64,000 nt of DNA. It comes from a virus. The stretch spans positions 59,064 through 123,063 of the IMG/VR virus record IMGVR_UViG_3300017917_004998. One strand, written 5' to 3'. Every line of letters starts with the position of its first letter. Position 1 is the stretch's first letter. Under the pieces are notes generated by a model that was not told the origin of the DNA, did not search any database, and saw nothing but the letters and a program-made list of their open reading frames with translations. Below are positions 58,542 to 64,000 of this stretch, one piece after another. Position numbers and translations under genes: made by a program.

Positions 58542-59060
58542 ATGGCAAAGAAACCAACCAAAGAAAAAGTGATTACATTAGATGCTGCCGACGTAGCTAA
58601 AGAATTTGCTGATGAAGATTTCGTAGCGAAATTGGACCAGAATAGAATCGATCGATGCGAGAAAAATCTTGCAGATGCAAAGGATCGAATTTCTAAAAAG
58701 GTTTATGCTGTCAAGTTCGACACTAAGGAGGATTTAGAAAATTTCTTTTTGTTTATGGCAAACGATGCTGAATGGAGAGAAAAGGAAGCACTTGGTGTTA
58801 TCGAAATTAATAAAGTGCTGGAAAAAGCAAAAGCAGATGGCATCAAGCAGGATACACTTTATATGAGTGCTTTACCTCTTGAAGCTTCTCATTATTTTCT
58901 TTCTAAGTTAACCGGTAAAGGACTTGGCGATGCTAAGAAATTTATTGGGATGCTTAAGCCATTTAGTCAATCTCTCGAATCAACTAAAGCTGATGCAGCG
59001 GAAATCCAGGGTCTTGAAAAAGAACTTGCTGCAGCCCAACAAGGTTTGGATATAGCATAA
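58542..59060 (+). CDS. Hypothetical helical protein
   Basis: ORF with its own promoter-like leader and terminator. Confidence 0.7.
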   Translation: MAKKPTKEKVITLDAADVAKEFADEDFVAKLDQNRIDRCEKNLADAKDRISKKVYAVKFDTKEDLENFFLFMANDAEWREKEALGVIEINKVLEKAKADGIKQDTLYMSALPLEASHYFLSKLTGKGLGDAKKFIGMLKPFSQSLESTKADAAEIQGLEKELAAAQQGLDIA

Positions 59061-59070
59061 ATTAAAACAC

Positions 59071-59112
59071 ATAAACAAAAAAGCACTCTTTGATGGGTGC
59101 TTTTTTGTTTAT
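59071..59112 (+). terminator. Intrinsic, possibly bidirectional, terminator
   Basis: ataaacaaaaaagcac...gtgcttttttgtttat inverted repeat. Confidence 0.75.
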
Positions 59113-59168
59113 GCATGATTTCAAAATAAGATGATATATACTGAGTAAAATTTTAAATCGAAAAAAGC

Positions 59169-59447
59169 ATGTTACAAAAAATCAAAGACAATTTCTCAAT
59201 CATCGTGTTAGTTCTATTGGTGATCGTTTTTCTTAGACAGTGTGGAGTGAATAGTGAAATCAGTAAGATTAAGAAAGAGAATGCTAGAATCTCTGCTAAT
59301 TTAGATTCATCTGTTACCAAAAAGGAGATGAAGCACGAAATGAGACAGGTTATGTATGAATTTTTAATTTTTGAAGATGATTTCGACAACGGAAAAGCAT
59401 CTTTGTCTGACATCCGTAATAAAATAGAATCTCAAAATGGAAAGTAA
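59169..59447 (+). CDS. Small membrane protein (N-terminal TM, Cys after RQ; possible lipoprotein/spanin)
   Basis: IIVLVLLVIVFLRQCG followed by a coiled coil. GATATATA lies at 59133-59140. Confidence 0.55.
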   Translation: MLQKIKDNFSIIVLVLLVIVFLRQCGVNSEISKIKKENARISANLDSSVTKKEMKHEMRQVMYEFLIFEDDFDNGKASLSDIRNKIESQNGK

Positions 59448-60297
59448 ATCCAAAATTATAAGTGGATTTATTATTGGAACTTTTGTTACCCTTTACCTTA
59501 TGGTATCGGTAATATCCACAATCCACGTTATTGATTTTTTTAAGCTGTCTAATCCAACGTGGCTGGCTATTTCTTTGGCTATAGCTTTTGAAGTTGGTGC
59601 TGCAGCATCTTTAGCTTCTCTGATTGCTCTTAAAAAAATGAACAAAGGATTAGTTTGGATGCTATTCTTTCTATTGACTGCCATGCAAGCTATGGGTAAT
59701 ACCTATTATGCTTACGTTAATCTGAGTGATTTTACTGCGTGGAGCGAATTATTCGGAATTATAGAAGAGGATATTATATTTCAAAAAAGAGTCCTAAGTA
59801 TAGCATCAGGTGCTATCTTACCTATAGTTGCATTGGGATTTATTAAGTCATTAGTTGATTACATTAAGCCACAAGAAGAAATCGACCAAGAGGCCAGTGA
59901 AGAAAAAGAAGAACCAAAATTGGATGTTGAGAAGGAGCCAGCAACAGAAATTGCTCCTGATTCAGAAGATACAGATGAAATAAGATCTGGAGATATTTCA
60001 CCAGAATACACCAGCCTGAACGAGCCATTAATCCATAATTTTGAAACTAGCGAGCTTATAACTGATAGTGCTCCCGACGATAAAGAGGAAGAGGAAGAGC
60101 ATGAAGTTAGAGAAGATATCGCTGAACTTGAAAATTCTACTGAGCTGGAAGATGCTACGTATAATGAATCTCCGCAAAGAGAAGAGATCAAAAGATCTGA
60201 AAGCGAACATAATGGAAGAATAGTTGTTGAGGAAAGAAGAGTTTTACCAAAGGTGGTAGAACAACCTTCAGCATCTATGAATCCAACCAGACTATAA
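59437..60297 (+). CDS. Four-TM membrane protein with acidic tail (possible holin-type)
   Basis: Four hydrophobic segments followed by a Glu/Asp-rich tail. Confidence 0.55.
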   Translation: MESKSKIISGFIIGTFVTLYLMVSVISTIHVIDFFKLSNPTWLAISLAIAFEVGAAASLASLIALKKMNKGLVWMLFFLLTAMQAMGNTYYAYVNLSDFTAWSELFGIIEEDIIFQKRVLSIASGAILPIVALGFIKSLVDYIKPQEEIDQEASEEKEEPKLDVEKEPATEIAPDSEDTDEIRSGDISPEYTSLNEPLIHNFETSELITDSAPDDKEEEEEHEVREDIAELENSTELEDATYNESPQREEIKRSESEHNGRIVVEERRVLPKVVEQPSASMNPTRL

Positions 60298-60298
60298 T

Positions 60299-60973
60299 AT
60301 GACAAACGTAACAGGTGGTGATTTAGATATTTACGGTGGAGATTCCGGTGCTAGTTCTACCGGAATTAATTCTTTTTTTGGCCTTGGCAGTGCATCTGTT
60401 GGGTTGGATCCTGGATTAACTGCATCATTCGATACTCAATATACCTTAGTTGCCTTAAACGAAGCTGGATTAAATAGAGTAAATCTTACATTCTCCGATT
60501 TCAACGATCCTCACTATATTAGTTTCTACAACACTAATATGAACGTGTCGTGGCAAGCTGAAACACTTGCTAAACTGAATCTTTCTGATTTCTTCTATCC
60601 AGTACAAAGTTTTTCTGGTTACCAGATGCAAACTTTTGTTATGGCTCCAAATACGTCAATCAATCTAGATCAAGGTGACTTCGACACCACTTTAGGTGAG
60701 GTTGGGCTTTTAGTAGCAAGAGCAGAATTCTATGCAGATGCAACAGAAAATCAGCGCATGTTATATTGGGAATATGGTGGATCTAATAGATACATCATGG
60801 CAGATTTCATGATGCTGACAGGTCAGGTTAAAGAAGGACAGGTTTGGAAAGGCTGGCAAACATCTAACGACGTAAGCGAAGAAGTAGGATATACCGGTGC
60901 AGCAACAGGAGGATTTATTTTCTCTAACCCAACCGAATATCAAGTAAAATTAATGGTTCTCACCGCAAGCTAA
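60299..60973 (+). CDS. Hypothetical beta-rich structural protein
   Basis: YWEYGG..YIMADFMMLTG...W...GFIFSNPT.YQVKLMVL, shared with the next ORF. Confidence 0.6.
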   Translation: MTNVTGGDLDIYGGDSGASSTGINSFFGLGSASVGLDPGLTASFDTQYTLVALNEAGLNRVNLTFSDFNDPHYISFYNTNMNVSWQAETLAKLNLSDFFYPVQSFSGYQMQTFVMAPNTSINLDQGDFDTTLGEVGLLVARAEFYADATENQRMLYWEYGGSNRYIMADFMMLTGQVKEGQVWKGWQTSNDVSEEVGYTGAATGGFIFSNPTEYQVKLMVLTAS

Positions 60974-60974
60974 A

Positions 60975-61517
60975 ATGGCAACAAGACCAATTATATGCCC
61001 ACCAGTTCCAGCAAATGGCTGGATATTTTTTAAAAGTAATTTTGGATTGGAAGAGGATTACGCAAACACAACATTCTTCAATTTAAAAGATCTTGCTTTT
61101 GGTGTAGTTGCATATTCTCGACTGAGGATAACACTAAAGGCAACAAAGAGTATTAAATTAAGCCAGACCGACATTGGGACTGAGGGATTTGTTAGGTGGA
61201 TAGCAGTAAAAGTACAGTATCCAGCTCCAAAAAACCCAATTCTATATGCTGCTCAAACCCCGATTATTCCTGGAGTTCCAACCCCAACAAACGGAACACC
61301 ACAGACACAAAAGTATATCTATTGGACATATGGTGGGCAAACACACAATTTGGGTGAGATGATGGTATTGACTGGAAATCCACTAGGATCCACAGATTCT
61401 GAAGTAACTGGTTGGAATTTAAGCGAAGATAGATTCGTTTATCTTCCTGGCGGAATCATATTCCAAAACCCACATACCGACTTCGACGTTAAGTTGGAAG
61501 TTCTTGTTGCTAAGTAA
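60975..61517 (+). CDS. Hypothetical beta-rich structural protein, paralogue of the previous gene
   Basis: YWTYGG..HNLGEMMVLTG...W...GIIFQNPH.DFDVKLEVL. Confidence 0.6.
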   Translation: MATRPIICPPVPANGWIFFKSNFGLEEDYANTTFFNLKDLAFGVVAYSRLRITLKATKSIKLSQTDIGTEGFVRWIAVKVQYPAPKNPILYAAQTPIIPGVPTPTNGTPQTQKYIYWTYGGQTHNLGEMMVLTGNPLGSTDSEVTGWNLSEDRFVYLPGGIIFQNPHTDFDVKLEVLVAK

Positions 61518-61602
61518 AAAAACGAACTTGTTCGTGAATATATAAAAGTAAAGTTTCAAATTATATCTAGAGATATATAGAAAGCAAAAAAACAAAAGTA
61601 AA

Positions 61603-64000
61603 ATGGATTTACTCACACAACTAAAAACTCTAAGAGATACAACTAAGTCTCCAGAAGTTAGATCTATCTGCGAATCGAATATTCAAAAAATTGAAAAAGG
61701 CGATTCAAACGTTAGCTCAACTGCAATTTTGGAATCAATCCAAACTGCTGAAACACAGGCTGTCCAGCAGACACAGAAAGATCCACACGAAATGCTCAGA
61801 GAGCAGGAAATGGAGAAATCAAAATCTATTGCAAATAGATTGATGGAATCTTGGGGTGGAATTGGTAATAGCAAAACCTCAAAAAATTCTGGCGCTTATG
61901 TTGACGGAATTAAAGATGAAAAAGCATCGTTTGACGTTTCTTCAATTAACGAAAGCCTAGCGGAACTTGTTGATAAAGATCCTTCAGCAGCTTCTTTTGT
62001 TAAGTCTCAAGGTGTTAACAATCTTGGAATTTTTGAAGCTATTCTTACAATTAAGGGTAGTTCAATTTATGAGCATCCTTCAGTTAAAGTTGTGTGCGAA
62101 AAATATGCCCATAATTTAAAGAACAAAAACATTCCTGAATTTTTAGTTGCTGAACACTTTATTGCAGATATGCAAAATTTCAGCTGGGATTCAAAGGTAA
62201 AATCTTTGGTAGAAAGTATCGAAGAAAAAACACAATCTCTTAAAGCTGAAATCGAAGTTTCGAAAGCTCTTTATACAATTCAATCTAATGCTGGTTCTGA
62301 TTTCTATTCTCCAGTAACCGAATCTTTGAACAAGTGGTTGGTTTCTGAAAATAAATCAGTTTCTTTGCTTTCTAAAGAATTGACCAGATGGCAATTCAAT
62401 CCAGCAGTAAGAAATCTTATTAACACGTTGGGAGTGTTGGAAAGTAACTCTGACAAATTGAACATCCCAATTCATTCTGGTAATTCCTCTGTTAAGAGAC
62501 TTTTCTCACCTGTTTTAGTTAGTGGTGGAAAGACAATCTTCACAATTGGTAATAACGTTTTTGAAGGAAACTCTACAGGTCTTAGAAAATTAAACAGAGA
62601 TGAGATCTCTTCTCTACCTTCAGATTTCTTGAAGCTTTTAGAATCTTTCTATACATCTTACGTAAAAGTAAATGAGCAAGGATTAAACGTTTTCATCGGT
62701 AAAAACAAATATTCAATCATCGAAGAAAATGATTCTAAGGCTATCTTCAATAACGGAACTAAGATTAACTTCAACGATCTTAACCAACTTTCTAAAGCTT
62801 TAGCGTTGGAAATTTCAGGTAGCTTTGGTGTTAACGAGAATAAAGCAATTTTTGACATCATCAATCTTTACGAGAATTTTGATAAAGTTGTAGAACTTGA
62901 CTTTGCTAAAAAGATCGAGTCAACTCTTTACGAAGGTGCTTCAGTAAACTTGATCAAATGGCAAGGAAGTATTTTCTTGAACAGAATCAACGAGTCTATG
63001 AAAGACAATTCACTTTTCAAAGTGAATGGAACACAGGCTTCTTCAATGGTTAAAGAATTTTTGAAATATGATATTTCAGAAGGACTTACAGAATTTTTAG
63101 AAGGCGAATCACGTGTTAGGTCTATTATGCTTAATGACAGAAGCAAATTGATGGAAAATATCTCTATCGTTGAAACTGAAATTAACAAATTGGAATCTAA
63201 GATGAATAGCAATCCAATTTTCTATAACTCTGCAGAAATCAAAAGAGCACATTTCATGCTTGAGCAAGAGCTTAAGTCTCTAAGAGATAAGTGGAGAGTA
63301 GTTAACGAGGAGCTTGAGAAAATCGAAGGATCTGCTTTCGAAATTAATGTAAACGAAGACAGTAACTTCAACGTTGGTGAATACATCAAAGTTAAAGAAT
63401 CTGGCAACACCGGTAAAATCATCTCTATCGACGGAACATCTGGATCTTACACAGTCCTTATGGACAATGGAAAAACTGGAGATTTTAGAGTGGATGAAAT
63501 AGTTAACCTTGATGATGCTTTGGCAGCAGCAGGTGACGAAAACGAAGCAGACGCTGAAACTCAAGAAGAATTGAAAGAAGGACAATCTTTAGCAACAGCT
63601 CCTGGCAAGGATAAAGAAGCTAAAACAGATAAAAGCATTCTTGCTACTCAAAAGAAAGGCACAGTAACTGCACCATCTGGAAAAGACGAGGATAAAGACG
63701 GAAAGAAAGACGTTGAGAATCTTAAAGATGCCAATTTGGTTGAAGCTCCTGAAGGTGAAAAATTGACCAAATACAAAGCAAACAAAGAGGCTGGTTACAA
63801 TATCACAGAAAGCTCTGATGCTGGTCTAGCTTCTGCCCCAGAAGGCAAACCCGCTGGAACCAATATGGCAACAGAATGGGAAAAGTCTGGTATTAAGAAC
63901 ATGAACCTTGCTACTGCGCCAGGTAAAGAAGAAGGTGATGCAGATTACGACGTAAAAGTTGTAACAGCTAAAGCCAAAAACCCAGAAGTAATGGATATAG
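61603..64000 (+). CDS. Large prohead core/scaffold-like protein, 3'-truncated (absent from the ORF track)
   Basis: Open frame from ATG 61603 (MDLLTQLKTL) to the window end, at least 799 codons. It has many (I/L/V)xE(S/G) sites, an SH3/KOW-like VGEYIKVKESGNTGKII segment and xAPxGK repeats. GATATATA lies at 61572-61579. Confidence 0.65.
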   Translation, partial: MDLLTQLKTLRDTTKSPEVRSICESNIQKIEKGDSNVSSTAILESIQTAETQAVQQTQKDPHEMLREQEMEKSKSIANRLMESWGGIGNSKTSKNSGAYVDGIKDEKASFDVSSINESLAELVDKDPSAASFVKSQGVNNLGIFEAILTIKGSSIYEHPSVKVVCEKYAHNLKNKNIPEFLVAEHFIADMQNFSWDSKVKSLVESIEEKTQSLKAEIEVSKALYTIQSNAGSDFYSPVTESLNKWLVSENKSVSLLSKELTRWQFNPAVRNLINTLGVLESNSDKLNIPIHSGNSSVKRLFSPVLVSGGKTIFTIGNNVFEGNSTGLRKLNRDEISSLPSDFLKLLESFYTSYVKVNEQGLNVFIGKNKYSIIEENDSKAIFNNGTKINFNDLNQLSKALALEISGSFGVNENKAIFDIINLYENFDKVVELDFAKKIESTLYEGASVNLIKWQGSIFLNRINESMKDNSLFKVNGTQASSMVKEFLKYDISEGLTEFLEGESRVRSIMLNDRSKLMENISIVETEINKLESKMNSNPIFYNSAEIKRAHFMLEQELKSLRDKWRVVNEELEKIEGSAFEINVNEDSNFNVGEYIKVKESGNTGKIISIDGTSGSYTVLMDNGKTGDFRVDEIVNLDDALAAAGDENEADAETQEELKEGQSLATAPGKDKEAKTDKSILATQKKGTVTAPSGKDEDKDGKKDVENLKDANLVEAPEGEKLTKYKANKEAGYNITESSDAGLASAPEGKPAGTNMATEWEKSGIKNMNLATAPGKEEGDADYDVKVVTAKAKNPEVMDI

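Noticed and set aside
799-63585. Numerous short antisense or alternate-frame ORFs in the ORF track (e.g. 26113-26571, 31764-32189, 19220-19702, 59859-60305)
   Set aside because: They lie fully within well-supported genes and show no recognisable motifs or upstream signals.
1-64000. tRNA, rRNA or tmRNA genes
   Set aside because: No cloverleaf-like or rRNA-like sequence was recognised in the few intergenic gaps. A tRNAscan/Infernal run would be needed to be certain.

Overview
A 64 kb segment of a large T4-like (myovirus-type, jumbo/huge) phage in the standard genetic code. A Bacteroidota host is probable, based on the bS21 and ClpC sequence types and A-rich leaders without Shine-Dalgarno motifs. 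In order, the window holds: host-interaction genes (flavoprotein, rhomboid, ferritin-like, ClpC-like ATPase, ribosomal protein bS21); a 12.6 kb glycosylation locus; putative head-internal proteins; a 29-nt tandem repeat; the recombination/replication module (UvsX, gp41 helicase, gp47, gp46); tail completion and fibre genes; a second glycosylation locus; neck, terminase, sheath, two tubes and hub; dCMP deaminase, a sigma factor and an exonuclease; and a truncated core/scaffold-like ORF that the ORF track misses. The main result is four split inteins, all in ATPases, with no contiguous intein seen. UvsX is encoded as three separate genes joined by two different split inteins. gp46 has an atypically split intein with a 24-aa N-fragment. 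The large terminase is split with a free-standing Vsr-like endonuclease gene between its halves. Other signals are a GATATATA late-promoter motif, T4 capsid-targeting-like N-termini and a possible programmed frameshift in the tail-chaperone position. All family calls come from motif recognition by eye; no database search was run.
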